Shown: positions 7,802 to 17,007 of the stretch, in pieces
Numbering within the stretch: position 1 is the stretch's first letter
How the letters are laid out: each line of letters opens with the position of its first letter
Assembly (NCBI GenBank): GCA_963822445.1
Contig: CAWGHO010000003.1
Coordinates: 448,001-512,000, forward strand
Length of the DNA stretch: 64,000 bases
Reading direction: 5' to 3'
Origin: an uncultured Acidobacteriota bacterium
Lineage (GTDB): Bacteria; Acidobacteriota; Thermoanaerobaculia; Gp7-AA8
Made by a program: the position numbers and the translations under genes
Notes under the pieces: model-generated
Told to the model about the DNA's origin: nothing
Database searches by the model: none
Seen by the model: the letters and a program-made list of their open reading frames with translations, nothing else

Positions 7802-10207
7802 ATGGCTCACAAGAGAGAATTGCAGATCGGCGGGAACGTCCTGTCCATGGAGACAGGTGCGATCGCCAAACAGGCCCATGGCTCGGTAGTCGTGCGCTTC
7901 GGAGACACGGTCGTCCTGGCGACGGCCTGCTACAAAGAGGGCAACGTCCTCGGCGACTTCATGCCGCTGACCGTTGACTACAAGGAATACACCTACGCCG
8001 GCGGACGCATCCCGGGAGGCTTCTTCAAACGCGAAGGACGGCCGACCGAGAAAGAGATCCTCACCTCCCGCCTCATCGACCGGCCCCTGCGCCCGTCGTT
8101 CCAGAAGGGCTACCGGCAGGAGACGCAGATCATCGCCCTCGTGCTGTCGGCTGACGGCGAGAACGATCCCGATGTGCTGGCGATCAACGGTGCCTCCGCG
8201 GCCCTGACCATCTCCGAGATCCCGTTCCACAACCCCATCGGTGCGGTCAGAGTCGGCTATGTCGACGGCCAGATCGTCATCAACCCCACCAATGCCCAGC
8301 GCGACCTTTCCGACCTCGACCTGATCGTGGCCGGAACCAAAGACGCCATCGTGATGGTCGAAGCCGGTGCGCGCGAAGTGAGCGAGTCAGTCATCCTCGA
8401 CGCGTTCGACGCGGCTCACGCCGAGATCAAGCGCATCTGCGAGATGCAGGCGCTGCTCCGCGGCGATGCCGGCAAAGAGAAGCTCAAAGTCGAGTACTCG
8501 CCGAAGTTCACGACCGAGCTGGTCGATGAGCTGATGGGTCAGTTCGGCGATTCGCTTCGCACGGCGATGCTCACCTTCGGCAAGCACGCCCGCTACGCCG
8601 CGCTTCGTGCGGTCAAGGAACAGGTCATCGGTTCCGTTCCGATCGAAGACACCGAGCGCCTCGCGGCCGTTTCCGCGGCCTGGGGCGAGATGGAAGTGCG
8701 GGTCTTCCGCAACGTGATCCTCAACGAGAAGCAGCGCGTCGACGGCCGCAAGTTCGACGAGATCCGCAACATCTCCATCGACCTCGGCGTCCTTCCCCGT
8801 ACCCACGGTTCCGCGATCTTCACCCGCGGCGAAACCCAGGCCCTGGTCACCGTCACCCTCGGTACGCCTCGTGAGGCCCAGAAGATCGAGGATTTCGAAG
8901 GCGAGACCTTCCAGCGCTTCATGCTCCATTACAACTTCCCGCCGTTCTCGGTCGGTGAAGTGAAGTTCCTGCGCGGACCCGCGCGCCGCGAGATCGGCCA
9001 CGGCAATCTCGCCCGCCGCGCGCTCGCGCCGCTCCTGCCGCCGGAAGACGAGTTCGCGTACGCGATCCGCATCGTCTCGGACATCCTCGAGTCGAACGGC
9101 TCTTCGTCGATGGCTTCGGTGTGCGGTGGCTCGCTGGCGATGATGCAGGCCGGCGTTCCGCTGCGCGCGTCGGTCGGTGGCGTGGCCATGGGTCTCGTCT
9201 CGAACGACGACAACTCGCAGTACGCGATCCTCTCCGACATCGCCGGCATGGAAGACCACGAAGGCGACATGGACTTCAAGGTCGCCGGCACGCGCAACGG
9301 CATCACCGCGCTGCAGATGGACATCAAGGTCAGCGGCCTTTCGCGCGACGTGATGGCCCAGGCGCTCGAGCAGGCCAAGGCCGGCCGCATTCACATCCTC
9401 GACAAGATGGATGCCGCGATTGCGACCCCGCGCGCCGAGCTCTCCGAGTTCGCGCCGCGCCTCTACACCATTCACGTTCCGAAGGACCGCATCCGCGACG
9501 TGATCGGCTCGGGTGGCAAGACCATCCGCTGGATCGTCGAGGAGACCGGCACGAAGATCGACGTCGACGACGACGGCAAGGTCACGATCGCCTCGACCGA
9601 TGCGAAATCGGCCGAGCGCGCCATCGACATCATCAAAGGACTCACCGCGACGCCCGACGTCGGCACGAACTACAAAGGCACGGTCAAGCGCATCGAGCCG
9701 TACGGAGCGTTCGTCGAGATCCTCCCGGGTCAGGACGGACTGCTGCACATCAGCGAGATGGCCCACACCCGCGTCGGTCAGGTGACCGATCTCTTCCAGC
9801 TCGGCGACGAGGTGGAAGTGCAGGTCGTGGCGATCGAGCCGGAGACCGGCAAGATCCGTCTGTCGCGCAAACCGCTCCTGCCGCCGCCGACCGAGGAAGA
9901 GCTCGCGGCTGCGCGTTCGGCGCGGGATTCGCGTCCGCCGCGTGAAGGCGGCGAGCGCGGCGATCGCGATCGCGGTCCTCGTCGCGACGGTGGTGGTGGC
10001 GGTGGATACCGCGGCGGTGGTGGCGGTGGTGGAGATCGCGATCGCGGTCCTCGCCGCGATCATGGCGATCGTGGTCCGCGCCGCGAAGGCGGTGGCGACC
10101 GCGGTCCCCGCCGCGACGGCGGCGACCGTCCCCCGCGCCGTGAAGGTGGCGGTGGCGGCGGCGAGAACACCGGCGGCAGCGGCGGTGGCGGCTCGCAGCC
10201 CGAGTAA
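7802..10207 (+). CDS. pnp: Polyribonucleotide nucleotidyltransferase (PNPase) with an Arg/Gly/Asp-rich tail
   Basis: GRIPGGFFKREGRP, RREIGHG, ESNGSSSMASVC, GDMDFKVAG; KH and S1 domains. Confidence 0.98.
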   Translation: MAHKRELQIGGNVLSMETGAIAKQAHGSVVVRFGDTVVLATACYKEGNVLGDFMPLTVDYKEYTYAGGRIPGGFFKREGRPTEKEILTSRLIDRPLRPSFQKGYRQETQIIALVLSADGENDPDVLAINGASAALTISEIPFHNPIGAVRVGYVDGQIVINPTNAQRDLSDLDLIVAGTKDAIVMVEAGAREVSESVILDAFDAAHAEIKRICEMQALLRGDAGKEKLKVEYSPKFTTELVDELMGQFGDSLRTAMLTFGKHARYAALRAVKEQVIGSVPIEDTERLAAVSAAWGEMEVRVFRNVILNEKQRVDGRKFDEIRNISIDLGVLPRTHGSAIFTRGETQALVTVTLGTPREAQKIEDFEGETFQRFMLHYNFPPFSVGEVKFLRGPARREIGHGNLARRALAPLLPPEDEFAYAIRIVSDILESNGSSSMASVCGGSLAMMQAGVPLRASVGGVAMGLVSNDDNSQYAILSDIAGMEDHEGDMDFKVAGTRNGITALQMDIKVSGLSRDVMAQALEQAKAGRIHILDKMDAAIATPRAELSEFAPRLYTIHVPKDRIRDVIGSGGKTIRWIVEETGTKIDVDDDGKVTIASTDAKSAERAIDIIKGLTATPDVGTNYKGTVKRIEPYGAFVEILPGQDGLLHISEMAHTRVGQVTDLFQLGDEVEVQVVAIEPETGKIRLSRKPLLPPPTEEELAAARSARDSRPPREGGERGDRDRGPRRDGGGGGGYRGGGGGGGDRDRGPRRDHGDRGPRREGGGDRGPRRDGGDRPPRREGGGGGGENTGGSGGGGSQPE

Positions 10208-10226
10208 CAGCAGACGCAAGAAAATC

Positions 10227-10260
10227 CGAGGCCGGGCTCATCGCCCGGCCTCGTTGTTTT
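10227..10260. terminator. Intrinsic terminator after pnp, possibly bidirectional
   Basis: CGAGGCCGGGC-TCATC-GCCCGGCCTCG followed by TTGTTTT; A-run on the other side. Confidence 0.8.
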
Positions 10261-10267
10261 GCAGCGG

Positions 10268-11362
10268 TTACGGCGTCTGCTTGCCGATCGCGTCGACCCA
10301 GATCTTGCCGCCGATGTTCTCGACTTTCACGCGCGTGATCGTCGCGCCGTCGAGCCCCACCGTCGATGCCGGGATCTCGATGCGGTTCCAGGTGTCCGAC
10401 GCCGGGATGGTCGTCCCCATGAACACCGCCGAGCTTTCCCCGCCGATCGAGGGAACGCCGACCGTTCCGTAATAGATCGAGCCAACGGTCGATCCGGCGT
10501 ACCAGGTGATCTTCAGCTCCGTGACCGACTTACAGCTCGTCGGCATCAGATACACGATCAGGTTGTCGCCGGAGCTCGTGGCCTCGTTCAGATCGTTGAC
10601 CGAGACCACGGCGGTTGCCGTCTGGCCGAAGTGCGGATACATGAGCGACTGCGTGCCGCTCGCTTCCTGCTCGTTGTCCCAGTAGCCGGTATAGAGGACG
10701 GCGCCGGAAGGAACGCCGTCATCGACCCAGACCGTGTCGCCGTACTCGAACGACGGCGTCGAGGCCACCGGCGGGACGCAACCGGCGCCGTCGGTGCCGA
10801 GGTGATCGAACCAGACGCGCCCGTCGTAGGTTTCGATCTGCAGCCAGTCCAGGGTTTGACCCTGCATGTTGAGAGGGACGTGAATCGGCACTTCCATGCG
10901 CGTCCAGACGCCGGTGGCCGGCAGGTTGCCGCGGCGGAAGTTGACCGGAGTGCCGCTGATCAGGTTCTCGCCCCAGTAAACGCTGGCAGTTCGATAGAGG
11001 CTCGAGTAGGTGACCTTGATCTCGCGCGTCGGCGAGCATTCGTCGATGAGCACGTAGAAGACGGCCTTGCCGCTGCCGAAGTTGTAGTACTGACTGAGGT
11101 CGTCGATGCGGACGGTATTCGTGCCCGCACCGGAGTGGTAGAAGGACTGCGAGCCGGTCGCGTACTGCGAGGTATCCCAATTCACGGAGCCGGTGGAAAC
11201 CGTGGCGCCGGCGGGGAGAGCGTCTTCGATGAGGACGACGTCGCCGCCGGGAGGCGAGGGCTGCGAGGCGAATGCGGTGGTGCACTGTGCGAATGCGGCC
11301 GGTGCCGCGAGGATGGCCACGAAAGACACGACGAGGATGCGGAGCGTGATGCTCAGTTTCAC
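10268..11362 (-). CDS. Secreted protein with two tandem copies of an uncharacterised ~165-aa beta-rich domain
   Basis: AAGGAGG RBS, GTG start, signal peptide ending AFA-Q. Repeat pairs: DVVLIEDALPAGA/DTVWVDDGVPSGA, WTRMEVP/WNRIEIP, GRVWFDHLG/GKIWVDAIG. Confidence 0.75.
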   Translation of the reverse strand: MKLSITLRILVVSFVAILAAPAAFAQCTTAFASQPSPPGGDVVLIEDALPAGATVSTGSVNWDTSQYATGSQSFYHSGAGTNTVRIDDLSQYYNFGSGKAVFYVLIDECSPTREIKVTYSSLYRTASVYWGENLISGTPVNFRRGNLPATGVWTRMEVPIHVPLNMQGQTLDWLQIETYDGRVWFDHLGTDGAGCVPPVASTPSFEYGDTVWVDDGVPSGAVLYTGYWDNEQEASGTQSLMYPHFGQTATAVVSVNDLNEATSSGDNLIVYLMPTSCKSVTELKITWYAGSTVGSIYYGTVGVPSIGGESSAVFMGTTIPASDTWNRIEIPASTVGLDGATITRVKVENIGGKIWVDAIGKQTP

Positions 11363-11463
11363 AAGAGCCTCCTTTTGGTGTTGCCCGTCGGCCGATCGAG
11401 ACGTGCATTCAGGATGCGTCCATCGCCCAAAAGGGACTAGGGACATTTCGTGACTTATGAGAG

Positions 11464-11817
11464 TCAGGAATGCCGGACATTCTTCCGGCGATACTCATCC
11501 GGGGACATCGACGTCCCGCGCCGGAACGCGCGGTACAGCGTGCGCCGCGTCCCGAAGCCGCAGAGGTAGGCGATCCGGGTCGTGGAGAGATCGGATCCGG
11601 ACAGCAGCGCCTGCGCGTGGGCGAGCTGCCGCTGTTTGAGGTACGCCGACAGCTGCACGCGGTATGCGGCGGCGAACGCGCGACTGAGCTTCTCTCGCGA
11701 GATGCCCAGCACCACGGCCAGCTCCGATACACGCGGCGGCTCTTCGGTGGCGAAGCAGCGGTCCAGATACTGCTCCACCGCCTCCCGGAGGTCCGACACG
11801 CAGGAGAAAGAGTACAC
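11464..11817 (-). CDS. Stand-alone AraC-type HTH regulator
   Basis: VSELAVVLGISREKLSRAF...AQALLSGSDLSTTRIAYLCGFGTRRTLYRAFRRGTSMSPDEYR. Confidence 0.85.
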   Translation of the reverse strand: MYSFSCVSDLREAVEQYLDRCFATEEPPRVSELAVVLGISREKLSRAFAAAYRVQLSAYLKQRQLAHAQALLSGSDLSTTRIAYLCGFGTRRTLYRAFRRGTSMSPDEYRRKNVRHS

Positions 11818-11867
11818 GCCTCGCCGTGAGTGGGGGCAAACGCTACTTTGCGTAGAATCGCGGGTTC

Positions 11868-13040
11868 ATGCGACGAGCCGTGCTCACCATCGCCGCGGCC
11901 GTCGTGGCCCTCCTTGCGCTCCGCCATTTCTGGCTTCAGCACGAGCGCGCGGCCGGTCTCGACTTCTACATCTACTTCGTCGCGGGCCAGCTCGCGGCGC
12001 GCGATGACATCGAGAACGTCTACGCCCCTGAGATTCAGGAACGGGTGGGGGAGGAGTATTACGAGCGCGCGCTGAGGAGCGGCTCGGAGATCCGCAAGTA
12101 CGACGCGAATCGCCGGCGCCGCCTCGACAACGTCTCCAGCCCGTTTCTCTACTCGACGATGCGCTGGGTGAGCCGCGATTACGAGCGCGCGCTCCGGCAG
12201 TACCACGTGCTCGTCCTCGTCGCATTCATCGGCGGTGTGCTGATGATCTGCAGGCGCGCAGCTGTGCCCTGGTGGGCCGCGCTGCTGCTCGTCGCGGCGC
12301 TGTTGTTCCTGTATCGAGGGTTCGAAGCCGATCTGCGCGTCGGCAACGTGAACTCGCTGCAGCTCTTCGCGCTGGCGGTGGCGTTCTGGAGTCCGCCGAT
12401 GCTCGCCGGCGCGATTCTGGGGATGCTGCTCTGCTTCAAGCCGAACCTCATCGTCGTCGCGTTATTGCTCGCGATCTCGCACGACCGGAAGCGCCTCACG
12501 CGCGAGACGATCGGCGGTGCGATCGGCGCCGCGATCGCCATCGTCATCGGCGCGATCAGTTACGGACCGCGTGCGTGGATCGACTGGGTCACGGCAGCGA
12601 ATCAGTTCTGGCATCGCCTGCCGACGCGCGCCGAACGCAACGTCACGCCGTTCCTCGAGCTCTTTCTCGAGTACGGCGAATGGCTGAGCTACGTCATCGC
12701 GGCGGTGCTGTTCGCCGCGGTGGTCGCCGTTCTTCGGCGCAGCAAACGGCAGGATGACGTGCTCGTTGCGGGTCTGGGCATCCTCATCTATCTGCTGTCC
12801 GCGACCGTGGTCTGGCTGCACTACATGGTGCTCGTCCTGCCGATTGCGATCGCGTTGATGCGCGATCGACGGACGGCGGTTATTGCCGTGCTCGCGCTGC
12901 TCGCGATCGCCGAGGAGCCGTTCGAGATGCTGTTCCGCGTGCCGGTTTATCCGAATGATGCGAGGTTGATCGGGCCGGCGTTGCTGGCGTTGTTCCTTTG
13001 CGGTTTGTGGACGCTACACCGCCGCCCAGCCACCGTCTGA
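11868..13040 (+). CDS. GT87-like (DUF2029) polytopic membrane glycosyltransferase
   Basis: DFYIYF, SSPFLYS, GNVNSL, FKP and VWLHY motifs; many TM helices. Confidence 0.7.
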   Translation: MRRAVLTIAAAVVALLALRHFWLQHERAAGLDFYIYFVAGQLAARDDIENVYAPEIQERVGEEYYERALRSGSEIRKYDANRRRRLDNVSSPFLYSTMRWVSRDYERALRQYHVLVLVAFIGGVLMICRRAAVPWWAALLLVAALLFLYRGFEADLRVGNVNSLQLFALAVAFWSPPMLAGAILGMLLCFKPNLIVVALLLAISHDRKRLTRETIGGAIGAAIAIVIGAISYGPRAWIDWVTAANQFWHRLPTRAERNVTPFLELFLEYGEWLSYVIAAVLFAAVVAVLRRSKRQDDVLVAGLGILIYLLSATVVWLHYMVLVLPIAIALMRDRRTAVIAVLALLAIAEEPFEMLFRVPVYPNDARLIGPALLALFLCGLWTLHRRPATV

Positions 13041-14057
13041 CGCCGACCGCCGCGCGGCATCGAGCACGCGCTGCTGTATCAACCCATCCTCGAACGTTGC
13101 CGCCGGCGCGAGGGCCGAGCGATCGCCATCGTCGAGCGCGGCTCTCAAAGCTCGGCCCAGGTGGAGGGTGCCGGTGCCGAAGGCTCCGCCGTGGGAGTTG
13201 CCGGGGCGCTTGGCCATTTCATCACCAGCGAAACGGGTGAACGGCGCGCCGCCCTTCGAGATGAGCACTTCTTCCCCGACGAAACGAAGCGCCCCCTCCT
13301 CGCCGTGAATGGTCATCACGCTGCTCTCGTCGGGTCCTCGCGAGACGGCGCTGAACGCCATCGAGACGACCGCGCCGCCGCGCATGCGGAAGTGAACCGA
13401 CGTCCAGTCGTCGACGGTGACTTCCCGCATCGCGCCTTCGAAGGGCCGCTCTTCGATCGTCGTCCGCATCAGCGCTTGTGCGGCCTCGAACTCCATTCCG
13501 AAGTAGCGCAGCGCATCGGCGAAGTGCGATCCGACCGCGCCCCAGATGCCGCCGCCGCGCCTGGCATCGCTCCACCAGTTCCACTCCCTCGACCGATCGC
13601 CGCGCGCCGGACTGGAGTAGCGAACCTCGGCATACCGGATCGGTCCGATCTCGCCCATCCGCTCGCGCGTTTCCCGCCAGGCCGGCAGGAAGCGCAGCTC
13701 GTGATCGATGACGGCGATCTGTTCGGGTCGCGCTTTGGCCGCGGCCATGAGCTCTTTCGCCTCGCCGGCGTTGATCGCGGTCGGCTTCTCGCAGATCACA
13801 TGCTTGCCGGCCTCGAGCGCGGCGAGGGTCATCTCCCGATGCTCGGACGGCGGGGTAGTCACGGAGACGAGGTCGACGTCGCTGGCAATCAGCTCCCGCC
13901 AGTCGTCGTAGGCCGGAAGGCCGAGTCCGGCTGCCAGCTCACGGGTCTTCGCGGTGTGAAACCCAGCAATCGCAACGACTTGCAGGCCGGCCTCGCGAAA
14001 CAGGGGAACCTGGACGCGCGTGCCCCAACCAGTCCCGACGATGCCCACTCTGGCCAT
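13014..14057 (-). CDS. Gfo/Idh/MocA family oxidoreductase
   Basis: VGIVGTGWG, ALEAGKHVICEKP, DHELRFLP, GGGIWGAVGSHFAD. Confidence 0.92.
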   Translation of the reverse strand: MARVGIVGTGWGTRVQVPLFREAGLQVVAIAGFHTAKTRELAAGLGLPAYDDWRELIASDVDLVSVTTPPSEHREMTLAALEAGKHVICEKPTAINAGEAKELMAAAKARPEQIAVIDHELRFLPAWRETRERMGEIGPIRYAEVRYSSPARGDRSREWNWWSDARRGGGIWGAVGSHFADALRYFGMEFEAAQALMRTTIEERPFEGAMREVTVDDWTSVHFRMRGGAVVSMAFSAVSRGPDESSVMTIHGEEGALRFVGEEVLISKGGAPFTRFAGDEMAKRPGNSHGGAFGTGTLHLGRALRAALDDGDRSALAPAATFEDGLIQQRVLDAARRSASDGGWAAV

Positions 14058-14096
14058 TAGTTGGCAGCTCCCTTGAGTAAGAAACGGTTAATAACT

Positions 14097-14603
14097 ATGC
14101 AGATGAGCCGAGGCAGACCCGATCTTATCGTCCCGATCAAGGATCGGAGACAGCACAAGCGCTACCTGACCGTGCGCAACGGCGCCATCGCCTTCGCCGT
14201 GGCGGTGATGCTGTTCCTCGGCATCAGCATCTACTCGGAGATCGGCCCGCGCGGCGGCGATACGTTCGGAAGCCTGCTCGAGCGGGAGATGCCGAAGCAG
14301 CACGAAGCGAAGCCGCCGGAAGTCGTGACGGAAGCCGGCGCGCCGATCGACGATCACTCCGCCCCCGATCCCATGCTCGTCGCCCCCGCGGCGCGCGAGC
14401 AATGGCTCCACGACTCGACCAGCGCCGCCGCATCCGCCGCCGCGACGATCGAGCCGGTCGCCGCGCCCGCGCCCATCACGCTGTCCCGCCGCAGCGCCGC
14501 TGCTGACACAAGCATCGCCATCGTCGGCGGTCCGGAAGGCGTAGTCGTGGTCGAACAGAAGAAGAAGCAGCCGTTGCTCACGGGTGGATTCGGAAGGCAG
14601 TAA
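14097..14603 (+). CDS. Hypothetical single-pass membrane protein
   Basis: One TM (AIAFAVAVMLFLGISIY) followed by a Pro/Ala-rich region. Confidence 0.6.
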   Translation: MQMSRGRPDLIVPIKDRRQHKRYLTVRNGAIAFAVAVMLFLGISIYSEIGPRGGDTFGSLLEREMPKQHEAKPPEVVTEAGAPIDDHSAPDPMLVAPAAREQWLHDSTSAAASAAATIEPVAAPAPITLSRRSAAADTSIAIVGGPEGVVVVEQKKKQPLLTGGFGRQ

Positions 14604-14614
14604 AACCTTCGACG

Positions 14615-16939
14615 CTACCGAACGGCGCGACGACGCGGTGCGTTGACGACGACGTCCTCCGAGTATGGTCCCGGGCCTCCGTCGTTGAACGCTCGGATCC
14701 GGAACGAGGCGCGAGCGCCACGCTCCGAGAGACGCACCTTGACGGAATGCTCACCGCGGTCAAACCAACGCTCGATTTCGTTCCAGGCGCCGTCACCGAT
14801 GCGTGCTTCCACGCGATAGCCGTTCACGGTGTCCGGAGGCGCGCTCCAGGTCAGGACCACCTCGTCCGGTTCAGGAGCGAAAGCGGCGAGCGTTGGACGC
14901 CCTGCCGGTTCGGGAAGGGCATCAACGCTACCGAGGGCCAGCATCAATCGCGCGCCACCGAAAAACGGTGCGTCGTTGTTGACTTGCGTGACGGCGTACC
15001 CGAGGCGAGACCCGATGGGCACCATCTGCAGTCCGTCGCCCGCGACAGGTTCCTCCCGGGCCGCTTCGGTGGTGGTTCCGCCGCTGTCGAGCGTCACGAA
15101 TCGGCGCGAGGAGCGTGGCCATGGCGATTCGGTCCAGCTCACGGCGACCTGGCCTTCGACCGCCGCGGCCCTGACCTCGCGCGGTTCACCGATGAAAGAC
15201 GTCGCGGGGGCAAGATCGATGACGCCGCCGGAGCGGCGTCCGTCGCGAGAAACGCGCGTCGCGTAAACACCGCGGGGCCACGTACTGGCGAAGACGACGA
15301 CGTAATCCTCACCGGTCCAGACCACGTCCGTCACCGCCGGATAATCGATCTCACCAATGCGCCGAGGGCCTTCGTCCAACAGATCGAGGTTCGGTCCGAG
15401 CCGAAATGCATACACGCGCGGGCTCTCCTGCCAGGCCACGAGCGTGTTGCGGCCATCGGAACCGATCCGCGGATAGCCGGCCCAGTAGCTGCTTGTTCTG
15501 TGGATCTGCACGATGACCGGCACCGAAAACGTGGAATCGACGGTGAACGCGGTGATCTGCTGCCCGCGGGTTCCGACGGCGACGTATCGCGAGCCGTTCC
15601 ACGCCACGTCGGTGATGACGTAATCAGGCCCGGTCAGCCTGACGGGCACACCACGCTGGCGGCCATCGGCGAGCAGGCGATGCGCCACCCATCCCCAGCC
15701 GGGACTATTGCCGACCACGATGAACTCGTCGCCGTTACTGGCCGCGACGATTCCGGTCATCCCGTTGGCGATTACCTGCTCGTTCCACGCACCGGCGTGC
15801 GTGCGGACGCCGGAGAAGACCTGGGAGCCTTCCGTCCAGATGAAGAGCGTCCCGCTCTCCGAGGAGGCGACGGCATGGAGGACCTGGTCCGTGGCGCGGT
15901 ATCCGGTCTCGAGCGGGCGTGCTTCCGTGCGCAGTTCTCGAACGGTTGCGGGTCCATCGAGCGCCGCGGTCAGGAGCATGAGCCGTCCGCCAAACGACAG
16001 AAGTCGAATGCGTGTGGTTCCCGGCGCCGACAGCAACTCGGGAGCCGCCATCATGGCTCCCTTCGTCGAGAGATGGCCGAACAGAATTTGCGTTGCCTCG
16101 CTGCGGTAGGCGACTGCGTATCCGTCGCCGATCCAGGCCAGGCCGCCGAGCCACGACCGTCGCGCGCTATCCACCATGACGATCTCGCCGACCGCGCCGT
16201 TTGTCGTGATCGGCACGGCCACGACGTGGCTCGTTTGTTCGTCGCCAACGGCGAGGTAGTCCTCGCCGTCGGAAGCGATCGCCAGATTCGTCACTCTCAG
16301 GTTCACCTGATTACTCGACCTCGACACTCCGTTCCTGTCGAGAGTCTGAATCGAAACGTTGTAGTAGTTCGACGCCACCACTGCGAATCCATCGCCGTTG
16401 CTGGCGATGTCGTGGTCGCTCGGGTATGGCACCGACAAGTGTTCTCTCCCGATCGGGGTGCCTGCCACGTCCAACGTCAGCGCTTCGAGGCTGGCTCCGC
16501 GCACCACGAGGACGCTGACCGAACCGTTGAAGGCGAGCTTCGGCCCAGAGCCCGCGCTGATGAAGAACTGCTTCCTGACAGGGGTGCCGTCCCGTTCCAC
16601 CAGCGTGCCGGCGATCCCGCTTTCACCCGTGGCCACGACCAGGAAGTGAGTGCCGTTCCAGATCACCGCCGGATCGTTGCGGGTGCCTTCGAGCACCACC
16701 CGTGCGGTTCGCGCGGTCTTGCCGTCCGCGACCCGGGCCATGCTGATCGTGCCTCTCGTGCCGAAGAAGACGTAGGCGTCGACGCCATCGGTCGCGAGTA
16801 CGGCGTTCTCCGCCGCGGCGAGTCCGTAACGCGTGTTTCCCAGGGGAAAAAAGCTGCCGTGGACGCCGTCGGCGGCGCTCGCGACGCCGGATAGAGTAAG
16901 GAAGGCAGTCACGAGAAGGACGTGTAATTTCAATCGCAT
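14615..16939 (-). CDS. Secreted beta-propeller-like protein with a C-terminal fibronectin III domain and RRRAVR terminus
   Basis: Signal peptide; repeated WNGTHFLVV/ASNGDGF/ASDGEDY/WNGSRYVAV blades; FN3 LTWSAP..NGYRVE..FRIRAFNDGGPGPYS. Confidence 0.75.
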   Translation of the reverse strand: MRLKLHVLLVTAFLTLSGVASAADGVHGSFFPLGNTRYGLAAAENAVLATDGVDAYVFFGTRGTISMARVADGKTARTARVVLEGTRNDPAVIWNGTHFLVVATGESGIAGTLVERDGTPVRKQFFISAGSGPKLAFNGSVSVLVVRGASLEALTLDVAGTPIGREHLSVPYPSDHDIASNGDGFAVVASNYYNVSIQTLDRNGVSRSSNQVNLRVTNLAIASDGEDYLAVGDEQTSHVVAVPITTNGAVGEIVMVDSARRSWLGGLAWIGDGYAVAYRSEATQILFGHLSTKGAMMAAPELLSAPGTTRIRLLSFGGRLMLLTAALDGPATVRELRTEARPLETGYRATDQVLHAVASSESGTLFIWTEGSQVFSGVRTHAGAWNEQVIANGMTGIVAASNGDEFIVVGNSPGWGWVAHRLLADGRQRGVPVRLTGPDYVITDVAWNGSRYVAVGTRGQQITAFTVDSTFSVPVIVQIHRTSSYWAGYPRIGSDGRNTLVAWQESPRVYAFRLGPNLDLLDEGPRRIGEIDYPAVTDVVWTGEDYVVVFASTWPRGVYATRVSRDGRRSGGVIDLAPATSFIGEPREVRAAAVEGQVAVSWTESPWPRSSRRFVTLDSGGTTTEAAREEPVAGDGLQMVPIGSRLGYAVTQVNNDAPFFGGARLMLALGSVDALPEPAGRPTLAAFAPEPDEVVLTWSAPPDTVNGYRVEARIGDGAWNEIERWFDRGEHSVKVRLSERGARASFRIRAFNDGGPGPYSEDVVVNAPRRRAVR

Positions 16940-17007
16940 GCAGACAACTTATGCGATAACAGCATACGCGGCAACACACGATTTTGGTGGGGCCTACAAT
17001 TCCCCGC

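Noticed and set aside
8387-10219. Long antisense ORFs (also 51667-54483, 54541-56355, 61646-63598, 40280-42037, 14747-16894)
   Set aside because: These are shadow ORFs expected opposite real genes in high-GC DNA; they have no recognisable motifs.
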